A stretch of 64,000 nt of DNA from an uncultured delta proteobacterium (lineage in GTDB: Bacteria > Myxococcota_A > Polyangia > Polyangiales > Polyangiaceae). The stretch is taken from assembly GCA_963716725.1 (NCBI GenBank), contig CAVQUB010000003.1, positions 1 to 64,000 of the forward strand. The letters are read 5' to 3'. The translations under genes and the position numbers were made by a program. The notes under the pieces are model-generated. The model was not told where the DNA came from. It was given only the letters and a program-made list of their open reading frames with translations, and did no database searches. Below are positions 19,012-29,500 of this stretch, piece after piece (positions within the stretch are counted from its first letter, which is position 1; each line of letters opens with the position of its first letter).

Positions 19012-19734
19012 TCAGTGCTCCTCCTCCGTTGCCGGCGACCGAACGTGCCGGGTCGACCCGAACGCCGGGGCCCATCGTGCTCGAGAGCGTGATGCTGCGG
19101 AGGTAGATGCCCTTGGCCGTCGACGGCTTCTTGCGCGACGAGCTCGCGGATCAGCGCGTGGGCGTTCTCGGCGAGCTTCGCCGGTCGAACGAGACGCTTG
19201 CCGATGCGGCAGTGGACGATGCCGGCCTTGTCGACGCGGTACTCGACCTTGCCGGCCTTGGCTTCCGTGACGGCGTTGTCGACGTCGAACGTGACCGTGC
19301 CGACCTTGGGGTTCGGCATCAGACCGCGCGGACCGAGCACGCGGCCGAGCTTGCCGACGGCGCCCATCATGTCGGGCGTCGCGATCACGCGGTCGAAGTC
19401 CATGAAGCCCTCGGTCACCTTCGCCACCAGCTCGTCCGCAGCCGGCGAAGTCGGCGCCCGCGGCCGTGCGCTTCCTTCTCTTTGTCGCCCTTGGCGAACA
19501 CGAGCACGCGGACCGTCTTGCCCGTGCCGTGCGGCAGCATGATGGCTCCGCGGACCATCTGGTCGGCGTGCTTCGGATTGACGCCCAGGCGCACCGCGAT
19601 GTCGACGGTCTCGTCGAACTTCGCGGTGCAGGCCTGCTTGACCAGGCCCGCCGCCTCCTCGATCGTGTAGCGCTGCTCGCGATCGAGCTGTCGCGAGCGC
19701 TTCGTCGCTGTTCTTGGCTGTCTTTCTTCGCCAT
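19012..19734 (-). CDS. rplA: 50S ribosomal protein L1 (frameshifted)
   Basis: [50 protein letters not shown]. Confidence 0.95.
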   Translation of the reverse strand: MAKKDSQEQRRSARDSSIASSATRSRRRRAWSSRPAPRSSTRPSTSRCAWASIRSTPTRWSAEPSCCRTARARRSACSCSPRATKRRKRTAAGADFAGCGRAGGEGDRGLHGLRPRDRDARHDGRRRQARPRARSARSDAEPQGRHGHVRRRQRRHGSQGRQGRVPRRQGRHRPLPHRQASRSTGEARRERPRADPRARRARSRRRPRASTSAASRSRARWAPAFGSTRHVRSPATEEEH

Positions 19735-19823
19735 GTCTTCGTCTTTCGACTCCTGGAGAGCGGCGGTCGGGACCGTCGAGGGCCTGCATCCGACCGTTCC
19801 AGTTGGATACGTCTGCGCCGGCC

Positions 19824-20281
19824 TCAGCCGACGTCGACCCCCATGCTGCGCGCCGTGCCCGCGATGCTGCGGGTCGCCGCCTCGATGTCGGTCGTGTTCA
19901 TGTCCTGCATCTTCGTCTTGCGCGATCTCGCGGACCTGAGTCCCAGCGTGAGCTTGCCGACCTTGATCTTGTTCGGCTCCTTGGAGCCGGCGCCGGGCTT
20001 CTTGGAGCGTGGGCAGACCAGCCGCCTTCTTGACCAGGCACGCTCGCCGGCGGCGACTTCATGATGAAGGAGTAGCGAGCGATCCGCGTACACGGTGATC
20101 ACGACCGGGATGATCGTGTCGCCCAGCGGCGCGGTCTTGCGCGTTGAAGTCCTTGCAGAACCCCATGATGTTGACGCCGTGCTGACCGAGCGCGGGACCG
20201 ACCGGCGGCGACGGGTTCGCCTTGCCCGCGGGGAGCTGGAGCTTGATGTAACGCGACTGATCTTTTTCTTGCCGCTGCCAT
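19824..20281 (-). CDS. rplK: 50S ribosomal protein L11 (frameshifted)
   Basis: [27 protein letters not shown] (manual), [23 protein letters not shown]. Confidence 0.95.
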
Positions 20282-20317
20282 TGCTTCGAGCTCTCGTTCG
20301 ACTGGACGTGCCCGGTC

Positions 20318-20914
20318 TTAGCGCTTCTCCACGTGGGAGAAGTCGAGCTCGACCGGCGTGGGACGCCCGAAGATGCTGACCATCACCTTGAGCTTCTGCT
20401 TGTCCGGCTTCACCTCTTGGACCGTGCCCGAGAAGTTCGCGAACGCGCCGACCACCACGCGGACCTCGTCGCCCTCCTGGAACTGGTGACGGGGCTTCGG
20501 CTTGACCGCGCCCTCGACGATGCCCTTGCGGAGGTCCTCGATCTGCGGCGGCTTCACCTCTTGCGGGCGCTGGTTGCCGATGAAGCCGGTGACCTTCGGC
20601 GTGTCTTTGACCAGGTGCCAGGCGTGCTCGCTCATCTCCATCTCGACGAAGACGTAGCCGGGAAAGCTGGTCTTGGTCTTGACGCGCTGCTTGCCGTCTT
20701 TGGCCGACTCGGTGACGGTCTCCGTCGGGATCAGGATCTCGCCGAACTTCTCGTCCATCTTGAACTGGCGAATGCGCTCCTGTAGCGCCGTCTTCACCTT
20801 GTTCTCGTAGCCGGAGTAGGTGGTGACGACGTACCACTTCTTGCTCGGAGCACCGGCTTCGCCGGTGGTCTCGGCCGGAACAGCCGCCGTTTCGTTCGTT
20901 TCGGGCTCAGTCAT
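20318..20914 (-). CDS. nusG: Transcription termination/antitermination factor NusG
   Basis: [27 protein letters not shown] motif, [14 protein letters not shown]. Confidence 0.97.
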   Translation of the reverse strand: MTEPETNETAAVPAETTGEAGAPSKKWYVVTTYSGYENKVKTALQERIRQFKMDEKFGEILIPTETVTESAKDGKQRVKTKTSFPGYVFVEMEMSEHAWHLVKDTPKVTGFIGNQRPQEVKPPQIEDLRKGIVEGAVKPKPRHQFQEGDEVRVVVGAFANFSGTVQEVKPDKQKLKVMVSIFGRPTPVELDFSHVEKR

Positions 20915-21544
20915 GCGCCGTACACCAGGTGAGTGAGGAATCCCCAGAATCGGTCGAGCAACGCGACGTAGACCGTCGCGATTGCGGTAGCAACGAGCAC
21001 GACCACGGTACCGTTCGAAACCGCTTCGCGGTTGGGCCAGGTGACCTTGGTGAGTTCGAGCGCCACTTCGTCCGCCCAGCGGCGAATGTGCTCTTTGCGG
21101 TAGCTCTGAACGACGGCCAAGACGCCAATCAGCGCTCCGGCGCCCAGCACGTAGCCTCCGCGCTCGTCTTCGGCAAAACGCAGCAACAGAGGCACCGCGC
21201 GGGTGGCGGCGGGCCAGTCGGCGAGCTCGCCCCACACCATGCCGAGGAGCTTCGACGAGATGAAGGCGACCAAGATGCCGGCGACGAAGAACGCGGCGTG
21301 CACGTAGCGAACCGACGCGCCGAGCTGCTCGGCGGCGGTCTCGGTGGACTCGTGGGCGAGCAGATCCGCCTCTGCCGCGAGGTCTTCGCGCAGCGTGCTC
21401 GGCTTTCTCGCTTTGGTCGGCCTGCGGCGACTCGGACTCGTCCTCCGAGCGGTCATCGTCCCGCTCTTCGGAAGACGCGTCGCTGCCCAAGGACTCCTCG
21501 TCCTCGTTCAGCTCGTCGTCTTTCTCTTCGTCCTTGCGTGCCAT
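20911..21544 (-). CDS. secE: Preprotein translocase SecE, 3-TM type with acidic N-terminal extension (frameshifted)
   Basis: ELTKVTWP motif; position between tRNA-Trp and nusG. Confidence 0.9.
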
Positions 21545-21598
21545 GTCTCACTCTCTTCTTTCGCCGGCCTCGTGCCTCGTGCCGCGGTGCGCGCGGGC

Positions 21599-21674
21599 TG
21601 GCAGGGGCTGAGGGACTCGAACCCACGACCTGCGGATTTGGAATCCGCTGCTCTACCAACTGAGCTAAACCCCT
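21599..21674 (-). tRNA. tRNA-Trp (CCA)
   Basis: AGGGGTTTAGCTCAGTTGGTAGAGCAGCGGATTCCAAATCCGC...GGTTCGAGTCCCTCAGCCCCTGCCA cloverleaf. Confidence 0.97.
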
Positions 21675-21719
21675 GTGGTTCCCGAGATGGTCCTGGTCGA
21701 AGTCTCGGGGCTGTCGTCT

Positions 21720-21900
21720 CTACTTGCGTCTCCTTGTGGAGCGTGTGTTTGTTGCAGGTCTTGCAGAACTTCTTGAGCTGGAGTGGCTTCGAGCCGTCGC
21801 GGCGCGCGATTGTCGTCTTGTAGTTGCGTTCGCTGCAGACCTCGCAGGAGAGAGCGATACGGATTCTCCCTCGCCCGGAGGCGCTTTCGTTCGCAGCCAC
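21720..21900 (-). CDS. rpmG: 50S ribosomal protein L33, zinc-ribbon (C+) type
   Basis: [19 protein letters not shown]...[19 protein letters not shown]; a likely 1-nt indel just before the stop. Confidence 0.92.
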
Positions 21901-21908
21901 TCTGCTCG

Positions 21909-23104
<1,196 letters not shown>

Positions 23105-23160
23105 CGCTTCTCACTACCTTGCTTTGATGCTTCTCTGAGAGGGGGTCTTGGTCGGCTTCG

Positions 23161-23234
<74 letters not shown>

Positions 23235-23251
23235 CGACTAAATCGTGTGGG

Positions 23252-23324
23252 AGCGGGAGACGGGATTCGAACCCGCGACATTCAGCTTGGAAGGCTGACG
23301 CTCTACCAACTGAGCTACTCCCGC
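23252..23324 (-). tRNA. tRNA-Gly (TCC)
   Basis: GCGGGAGTAGCTCAGTTGGTAGAGCGTCAGCCTTCCAAGCTGA...GGTTCGAATCCCGTCTCCCGCT. Confidence 0.96.
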
Positions 23325-23356
23325 GTTCGTTCTCCTTGAGTCTTCGTCGCTTCGAG

Positions 23357-23439
23357 TGGAGGGTGTTGGATTCGAACCAACGAAGGCGTGAGCCGACAGA
23401 TTTACAGCCCGCTCCCTTTGGCCACTCGGGCAACCCTCC
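23357..23439 (-). tRNA. tRNA-Tyr (GTA)
   Basis: GGAGGGTTGCCCGAGTGGCCAAAGGGAGCGGGCTGTAAATCTGT, long variable arm, GGTTCGAATCC. Confidence 0.93.
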
Positions 23440-23477
23440 GCAATGTTATCTGTGTGTGTGAGTGATCTCGTTCTTCG

Positions 23478-23550
23478 AGCTAGCGAGGGGACTCGAACCC
23501 CTAACCGCCTGTTTACAAAACAGGTGCTCTACCGGTTGAGCTACGCCAGC
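23478..23550 (-). tRNA. tRNA-Thr (TGT)
   Basis: GCTGGCGTAGCTCAACCGGTAGAGCACCTGTTTTGTAAACAGG...GGTTCGAGTCCCCTCGCTAGCT. Confidence 0.96.
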
Positions 23551-23679
23551 GTGGCGTGGTGCGTGTTGTACCGGCGGAGACTCCTGACCTGACGGTTGCG
23601 AGAACCGCGTTCATGTGAGAGACAGGGAACCCCACCGACACCAATAGCGGACGGGTGAGGACCCGAGGACGTCCGGCGC

Positions 23680-23708
23680 GTGGTAGCGCCAGGTCTGGGG
23701 GGAGTCAA
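23680..23708 (-). promoter_or_regulatory. Putative sigma-70 promoter of the tRNA-tuf operon
   Basis: TTGACT-N17-TACCAC followed by a GC-rich discriminator (GCGCCG). Confidence 0.55.
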
Positions 23709-23837
23709 GCACAATTCGTACCGCCCCCGGCCGGTCCACTGCTCATAAATTCAGAAGTGGATTCCGGTAGTTGGGAAAGTGGGCGGGCGCCCAGTCCAGC
23801 GCGGGAGGGCGAATCGGCTCGAGGGTCATGGCCAGCC

Positions 23838-23907
23838 GGCGGGGCCGGGGTGGGTGAGGGCTCGGATGTCGGCGGGGCCGGGGTGGGTGAGGTCTCGGAT
23901 CTCGGCG
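23838..23907. repeat. Intergenic 33-bp direct repeat x2
   Basis: ggcggggccggggtgggtgagg(g/t)ctcggat(g/c)tc occurs twice. Confidence 0.8.
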
Positions 23908-23989
23908 CGGAGCTGCGACGGCGCGCTCGGCTGACGACGTCGAGGTGCGGGCGGCCGCCGCGTTGGCACGTGGGGTTGCGGGTTTCAGG

Positions 23990-24496
23990 CTACTGCTTCG
24001 CCTTGTCCCGTTCCTGCAAGGTCGCGATGAGGATAGGCAGGACGATTCGATCCTTGGCGCGCCCCGCCTTCGTTTTCACCGCAATCAGCGTTGGCAGGTC
24101 GAGCACACGGAGCTCGTGCCCTTCGCCGATTACGGACTCGGTGTATGGCAAGAGCTCCTCGTAGCCCTGGCCCCGAGCGAGCTCGCAGAGCGGGTCGAGT
24201 GGGCCCAAGGACGTCGAGAGGTTGATCTGCCCGCTCCCCGCCAGCATCTCGGCGGTCGGCCGCAGCTCCCGATTGGCCGCGTCGTAGCGCATCGTCGCGT
24301 CGAGCTCGAGGAGGAGCCCGATCAGCCGGGCCACGTTCTCGGGCGTACGCCGGTGCACGATGTCGAGGTCGTTCGTCGTGATCGGTGCGCCCTGGATGAC
24401 CGCCGCTGCGCCCCCGACGACGATGAACTCGACTCCGGCGTCGCACAGCTTGGCGAGCAGTGCTGGCAGATCAGCCGCGCTGGGATGTCGCTGCAT
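23990..24496 (-). CDS. Predicted nucleotidyltransferase (Pol-beta superfamily, AbiEii/DUF6036-like)
   Basis: GVEFIVVGGAAA...TNDLDIV (GG + DxD), C-terminal LIAVKTKAGRAKD. Confidence 0.8.
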   Translation of the reverse strand: MQRHPSAADLPALLAKLCDAGVEFIVVGGAAAVIQGAPITTNDLDIVHRRTPENVARLIGLLLELDATMRYDAANRELRPTAEMLAGSGQINLSTSLGPLDPLCELARGQGYEELLPYTESVIGEGHELRVLDLPTLIAVKTKAGRAKDRIVLPILIATLQERDKAKQ

Positions 24497-24695
24497 CGCG
24501 GATCCTGGCCAGGGATTGGGCCATCTTTGACGCCGATCGCAGCCGACACCACGGCGACTGTTCGAGCGACAGGGTGATCAACGTGCGATCCACGTCGGCG
24601 ATGGCGGCGCGGACCTCCGGATCGAGAGCTTCGATGAGGTCGGCGACCGCGGACTCGGCCGGGGCCTCTCGAATCCGAGCCACTCGCGCCACCAT
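24471..24695 (-). CDS. Small hypothetical protein, putative partner of the nucleotidyltransferase
   Basis: 74 aa with DVDRTLITLSLEQSPWCRL; overlaps the NTase start. Confidence 0.55.
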   Translation of the reverse strand: MVARVARIREAPAESAVADLIEALDPEVRAAIADVDRTLITLSLEQSPWCRLRSASKMAQSLARIRDAATSQRG

Positions 24696-24779
24696 GTACG
24701 GAGCGTACTACGCGAGACGCCCCGGCGTCAGTCGTCATGCACGCGGCGGGCGACCTTGGTCCACGGTGCTCGCTCGCGA

Positions 24780-26015
24780 TCACGCCCTCCGGGGCAGCAA
24801 CGCGTACGCGCCCGCCCGGCCCAACATCTGAAGCACCGCCGGCCAGGCGCCCAGGTTCGGATCGGGGGGCAGCCCCCGCGCCATGCGATCGAGCTGCGCC
24901 TCGTACCAGGTCACGTCGAGCATCGCCATCCGGTTGAGGAACTTGGAGCCGGTGCTCGGGCGCCCCAGCGTGACCGTGCTCTCGGGATCCGCGAGCAGGC
25001 GCTTCGGGAAGTCGGGGCAGACGGCGAGAGGTCGGGCCATGCCGATCAGATCCGTCGCGCCAGCCTCGAGAGCGCCGCGCATGGCCGCGCCCGAGCGAAA
25101 ACCGCCCGTGACCACCATCGGGACACGGCTCTTCGCTCGCGCCTTCTCCGCGTAGTCCAGGAAATAGGCCTCCCGGCGGCGGCTGCTCTCGCTGACGCCC
25201 GCCCCGGCCATCACGGGGGACTCGTAGTTGCCCCCGGAGATCTCCACGAGATCGATGCCCACGGCTCCGAGCGCGTCGATCACGTCCATTGATTCGTCTT
25301 CGCTGAAACCACCGCGCTGAAAGTCGGCCGAGTTCAGCTTGATGCCCACCGGAAAGACCCCGCCGACGCGCGCGCGGATCGCGCGATAGATCTCGAGCAC
25401 GAAACGGCGGCGTTTCTCGGCGCTTCCGCCCCAGTCGTCGGTGCGCAGGTTTCGTCGGGGTGACAAGAACTGACTCACCAGGTAGCCGTGCGCGCCATGG
25501 ATCTGCACGCCCGAGAACCCGGCGTCCTTGGCCAGCTCCGCGGCCCGCGCGAAGCGCTCGATCAGCGCGACGATCTCCGGATCGCGGAGCGCCCGCGGAG
25601 TGCGGAACGCCTTGGCGATGTTGCCACCGAGCGGCACCGCGGACGGGGCCACGGGCTCTCGCGACAGGAAGCTGGGTGACTGCGCTCCGGGGTGGTTGAG
25701 CTGCATCCAGATCCGAGCGCCGTTGGCGTTGCCGGCCTCGGCCCAGCGCGCGAACGCCGCGAGGTCGCTTCGATCGTCGAGCACGACGTTCTTCGGCTCG
25801 CCGAGCGCGGTGCGATCCACCATCACGTTGCCGGTCACCTGCAGGCCGACTCCTCCCTCGGCCCAGGTGCGATAGAGCGTGGCCAGCCCGGGACCGGGGT
25901 CGTGAGCGCGGTCGGCCAATTGTTCGCTCATCGCCGACTTGAAGAAGCGATTCTCGAGCCGAGCGCCGCAGGGCAGCTCGAGGGGATCGGCAAAGCCTGT
26001 TTTCGTGCCCGTCAT
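24780..26015 (-). CDS. NADH:flavin oxidoreductase (Old Yellow Enzyme family)
   Basis: NRFFKSAMSE, QLNHPG, GFSGVQIHGAHGYLVSQFLSP, KLNSADF, EISGG. Confidence 0.93.
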   Translation of the reverse strand: MTGTKTGFADPLELPCGARLENRFFKSAMSEQLADRAHDPGPGLATLYRTWAEGGVGLQVTGNVMVDRTALGEPKNVVLDDRSDLAAFARWAEAGNANGARIWMQLNHPGAQSPSFLSREPVAPSAVPLGGNIAKAFRTPRALRDPEIVALIERFARAAELAKDAGFSGVQIHGAHGYLVSQFLSPRRNLRTDDWGGSAEKRRRFVLEIYRAIRARVGGVFPVGIKLNSADFQRGGFSEDESMDVIDALGAVGIDLVEISGGNYESPVMAGAGVSESSRRREAYFLDYAEKARAKSRVPMVVTGGFRSGAAMRGALEAGATDLIGMARPLAVCPDFPKRLLADPESTVTLGRPSTGSKFLNRMAMLDVTWYEAQLDRMARGLPPDPNLGAWPAVLQMLGRAGAYALLPRRA

Positions 26016-26056
26016 GGGGTGGAGCATTGCACCCTGTGAATCGGCGAGCCTCATCG

Positions 26057-26092
26057 TTGACTCGAAGGCATCGAGCGCTATCATTGATAGCG
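26057..26092 (+). promoter_or_regulatory. Sigma-70 promoter and FitA-type palindromic operator of fitAB
   Basis: TTGACT-N16-TATCAT; perfect inverted repeat CGCTATCA-T-TGATAGCG (26076-26092) covers the -10 box and the first base of the start codon. Confidence 0.75.
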
Positions 26093-26322
26093 TGCCTCAG
26101 CTAATTGTTCGAAATATCGAGGAAGAAGTGGTTGAGGCGCTACGGATCAGAGCTGCTCGGCACGGCCGTTCGGCGGAAGCAGAGCACCGCGAGTTGCTCC
26201 GTCAAGCCCTGGTCCGGCGACCATCGACGAGCTTGAAGGAACACCTGATGGCGGTACCCGGTGTCGGGACCGACGCTGATTTCGAAGCGACGCGTGAAGC
26301 CGCGCGGCGAGTCGACTTCTGA
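26092..26322 (+). CDS. FitA/StbC-like ribbon-helix-helix antitoxin
   Basis: (M)PQLIVRNIEEEVVEALRIRAARHGRSAEAEHRELL; stop overlaps the toxin ATG. Confidence 0.9.
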   Translation: MPQLIVRNIEEEVVEALRIRAARHGRSAEAEHRELLRQALVRRPSTSLKEHLMAVPGVGTDADFEATREAARRVDF

Positions 26323-26732
26323 TGTTCTTGCTCGACACCAACGTCGTCTCCGAGCTTCGCAAGGGTCATCGCGCCAACGCCGGCGTGCTCGCGTGGATTG
26401 CCCCAATCGACGACGCTGCCCTCTTCCTCTCCGTGGTCGTAACAGGCGAGCTGCGTCAGGGCGTGGAACGTTTGCGACTTCGTGACGCGGCGCAAGCGGA
26501 ACGTCTGGACCGCTGGTTAGGGGCGCTGATGGACGATTACGCGGACCGTGTCTTGCCCGTCGATCTGCGGGTGGCCGACGTCTGGGGAAGATTGAACGTC
26601 CCGAACCCGGTCTCCGCGGTCGATGGCCTTCTCGCGGCCACGGCGATAGTCCACGACCTCACGCTCGTGACGCGCAACGTGAAAGACGTCGAGCGAACGG
26701 GCGCCCGACTCCACAACCCGTTCCAGACCTGA
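26322..26732 (+). CDS. vapC: PIN-domain VapC/FitB toxin
   Basis: MFLLDTNVVSE...DGLLAATAIVHDLTLVTRNVKD. Confidence 0.93.
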   Translation: MFLLDTNVVSELRKGHRANAGVLAWIAPIDDAALFLSVVVTGELRQGVERLRLRDAAQAERLDRWLGALMDDYADRVLPVDLRVADVWGRLNVPNPVSAVDGLLAATAIVHDLTLVTRNVKDVERTGARLHNPFQT

Positions 26733-28188
26733 GCGCTCGTTCCGCGTGCCGCGCGCGCCGGCGGCGCATCCGCCAGAGCCCCGCGACCATCAGCGCGAAC
26801 GCCAGCGCGCTCGACGATGATCGCGATCGCGGCGCGACGGCGCAGCCCCCTCCCCCGTCATGCGAACCGCCCGAGGGCTTGGGGCCTCCCTTCGGCGGGC
26901 ACGCGGGCACGTCCGGTCCGTTGCCGCCACTCCAGGTGGCCGGCGTGGCGATAGCGTAGAGGTTGTGCAGCAGCAGGTAGTCCACGCCGTTGTAGCGGAT
27001 CCCCTCGCTGTTCGGTGAGCCGGCGTAGTGCTGGGCCTTGCCTCGGATGAAGCGGTTCCAGACCGTGAAGCCGTGGGCAGCGGGACCGCCGGGCAAGGGC
27101 GACTTCGGCTCGGTGCCCGCCGGCAGCTCGTCGATCATGGCGCGCGCCCGCGCGTTGACCTTGGGCGCGACGGTGCACCAACCCGCGTCGATGCCGTGCA
27201 TCACGCGATGCGCCAGCGGATACGCGGGCCAGTCTTCCTTGGCCATCAGGGTCGCGAGATCCGCGGCCGTGGTGTCTCCCCATCCGTTGCCCACCGCGGC
27301 GATGGCCATCGCCATGTGCAGGTTGTCTTCGTCGATGTACTGCGGAGCGCCGGGGTCCCGACACAGCTCCCAAGCGAATGCCACCGCGTCTTCGACCTCG
27401 GGCAACCACTCGCCATCGGTGAAGAAGCCCGCGGCAGCGCGCGTTCCGTGCGAGTAGCCGCCGGCGGCGGGGCCGCGGTTCACCAGGCGGTTGCCGCAGG
27501 CGGGATTGGTGATGGCCCAACCGTTCTTCGAGACGTGTTCGACGATGCGTCGCCCTTGCTCCGCGGCCCAGAGCCGCAGGTCGACGCCCTTCGCGAAGGT
27601 CTGAGACGGCACCAGGGCCTTCACCAGCGCGAGGCCCAGGAGCACGTGATAGACCTGATCTTGGCTCATCTCCTTGTTGGTGAGCGTCGGATCGCTGAAG
27701 TCCGACGTCATCGCGGTCATCGGCGGGAAGTGCGTGTGGAAGCCCGCCGGCACGTCGTCGCGCAAGAAGAAGCCGTTGACCTCCTCGGTTTGAGTGCAGG
27801 GCGGAGGGAACGCGGCGTCCGCGACGCGATCGAGGCGCTCCATGGCCCGCAGCGCGAAATAGAGCTCGTCGGTGGTCTTCGCCAAGCTGCCCGGCGCGCC
27901 CGGAAATTGCTCCGGGTGCGACAGCAGGTGGTGCTCGGTCGCGAGCATGCCGATGTACCAGCCGAGACCAATGGTGGAGTCCGACCACCGGATGATGCCC
28001 TGCGGCTCGATGCGCTCGTCGGCAGGCTGACTCATGCCGGCCGCGTCACCCGTGACGACGAACTCGGTGTCGAGTCGCGAGCGCAGGGCCTGGTACTTGG
28101 CGACGTTCTCGGTCGTCGTCGCCGCGGAGGCCGTGACGGTGCAGAGCAGCGCGGCGAGGAGGAGGCGCATGGGGAGTGCCCGAAGCAT
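26659..28188 (-). CDS. Secreted protein of unknown function with MYXO-CTERM-like sorting tail
   Basis: Signal peptide MRLLLAALLCTVTASA; tail GGGGCAVAPRSRSSSSALAFALMVAGLWRMRRRR. Confidence 0.75.
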   Translation of the reverse strand: MLRALPMRLLLAALLCTVTASAATTTENVAKYQALRSRLDTEFVVTGDAAGMSQPADERIEPQGIIRWSDSTIGLGWYIGMLATEHHLLSHPEQFPGAPGSLAKTTDELYFALRAMERLDRVADAAFPPPCTQTEEVNGFFLRDDVPAGFHTHFPPMTAMTSDFSDPTLTNKEMSQDQVYHVLLGLALVKALVPSQTFAKGVDLRLWAAEQGRRIVEHVSKNGWAITNPACGNRLVNRGPAAGGYSHGTRAAAGFFTDGEWLPEVEDAVAFAWELCRDPGAPQYIDEDNLHMAMAIAAVGNGWGDTTAADLATLMAKEDWPAYPLAHRVMHGIDAGWCTVAPKVNARARAMIDELPAGTEPKSPLPGGPAAHGFTVWNRFIRGKAQHYAGSPNSEGIRYNGVDYLLLHNLYAIATPATWSGGNGPDVPACPPKGGPKPSGGSHDGGGGCAVAPRSRSSSSALAFALMVAGLWRMRRRRARHAERALRSGTGCGVGRPFARRLSRCASRA

Positions 28189-28480
28189 AGCCGCGCCGAA
28201 GGTGGCCGGCCCGCCGGGTCGAATCAGCACCTGCGAGCCGTCAACCACAGCACGGCGCGGTGTCGTGGTGGCCAGGCCCGACCCGGCTGGCCCGCCGATG
28301 GACGTCCACGTGACGGAGCTGGGGCTCCAGCCCGCGTTTCGCGTGAGCCCGATACACCTGCCGGAACGCTGAGGTCGAGCGCAGGCGGAGCAACGCGACA
28401 GAGCCGGCCACTTTCGCAGCCGCGCACTGCGCCATCGGCAGCAGGGTCCACACCAGCCGGGGAAAGACGGGGAATTCGCG

Positions 28481-28497
28481 TCGGCCCGCAATTTGCT
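28481..28497 (+). promoter_or_regulatory. Putative sigma-54 promoter upstream of the Ser/Thr kinase
   Basis: TCGGCCCGCAATTTGCT: GG(28483-84)-N10-GC(28495-96), 27 nt before the ATG. Confidence 0.55.
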
Positions 28498-28523
28498 AAC
28501 TGGCTCTGGAAGCCGAGGAGCCA

Positions 28524-29468
28524 ATGATGCAAGCACAGACAGACGACGCCACCATCCTCGACTCCGTGCACGTGTGTGAGCAACCGCGGCTCCGAGCTCC
28601 CCTGATCGGCCGGATCATCGATCGCCGTTACCGAGTGCTTGATTGCCTCGGTAAGGGCGGCATGGGCGTCGTGTACCGCGTGCAACATGTGGAACTCGGG
28701 AAAATCTTGGCGATCAAAGTGCTTTCCGCCGGCGCCGGTCCCGACTCCACCATGGCCGCACGCTTCAAACGCGAGGCGCGCCTGGTTTCGAAACTCTCGG
28801 ATCCGCACACGGTGCAGGTCTTCGACTACGGCGTGTCCGATGGTGTGACCTGGATGGTCATGCAGCTCGTTTCCGGCAGTGATTTGTCCCGACTCCTCAG
28901 GAAGCAGGGGGTCTTCGAGGCCGCGCGGGTCGCCCAGGTGGTCGATGGTGTCTGCCGTTCGCTCAGCGAAGCGCACTCCCTGGGCATCGTGCACCGGGAC
29001 ATCAAGCCCGGGAACATCATGCTGACCGAAGCGGACGAAGCGGTGGTGCTCGACTTTGGCTTGGCGAAGCTCCGGGATTCCCGGGAATCCAACCTGCTTT
29101 CCGCGCGGGGGACCGTGATTGGCACGCCGGGCTACATGTCTCCCGATCAAGCCATGGGCTCGGAGCTCGATGCGCGCGCGGACATCTACAGCCTCGGCGC
29201 CGTGATGTACCGGATGTTGGTCGGTCGGGCTCCTTTCCGCGGCGGTACCGCGGCGGAGATGTGTCTGCGCCAGCTGCAGGAGCGGCCACTTTCGCCGCAC
29301 TTGGCCCGCGGCGTTCCGATCCCACTTTCCGACGCGGTGATGCGGGCCTTGGAACCGGAGCCGGACCGGCGCTACCCAAGCGCCGAGGCCTTGCGCCGCG
29401 CTGTGCTGGCCGCGGCCTACCAGACAGACGACGACGTCGTGTTCCCCCTAGTGCGCCGCGCGAGCTAG
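28524..29468 (+). CDS. Cytoplasmic, kinase-only Ser/Thr protein kinase
   Basis: LGKGGMGVVY, AIK, HRDIKPGNIM, DFG, GTPGYMSP, ADIYSLG; no TM segment. Confidence 0.93.
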   Translation: MMQAQTDDATILDSVHVCEQPRLRAPLIGRIIDRRYRVLDCLGKGGMGVVYRVQHVELGKILAIKVLSAGAGPDSTMAARFKREARLVSKLSDPHTVQVFDYGVSDGVTWMVMQLVSGSDLSRLLRKQGVFEAARVAQVVDGVCRSLSEAHSLGIVHRDIKPGNIMLTEADEAVVLDFGLAKLRDSRESNLLSARGTVIGTPGYMSPDQAMGSELDARADIYSLGAVMYRMLVGRAPFRGGTAAEMCLRQLQERPLSPHLARGVPIPLSDAVMRALEPEPDRRYPSAEALRRAVLAAAYQTDDDVVFPLVRRAS

Positions 29469-29500
29469 CGACGGCGTTCGGAGGCAACACCCTGCGCGCT

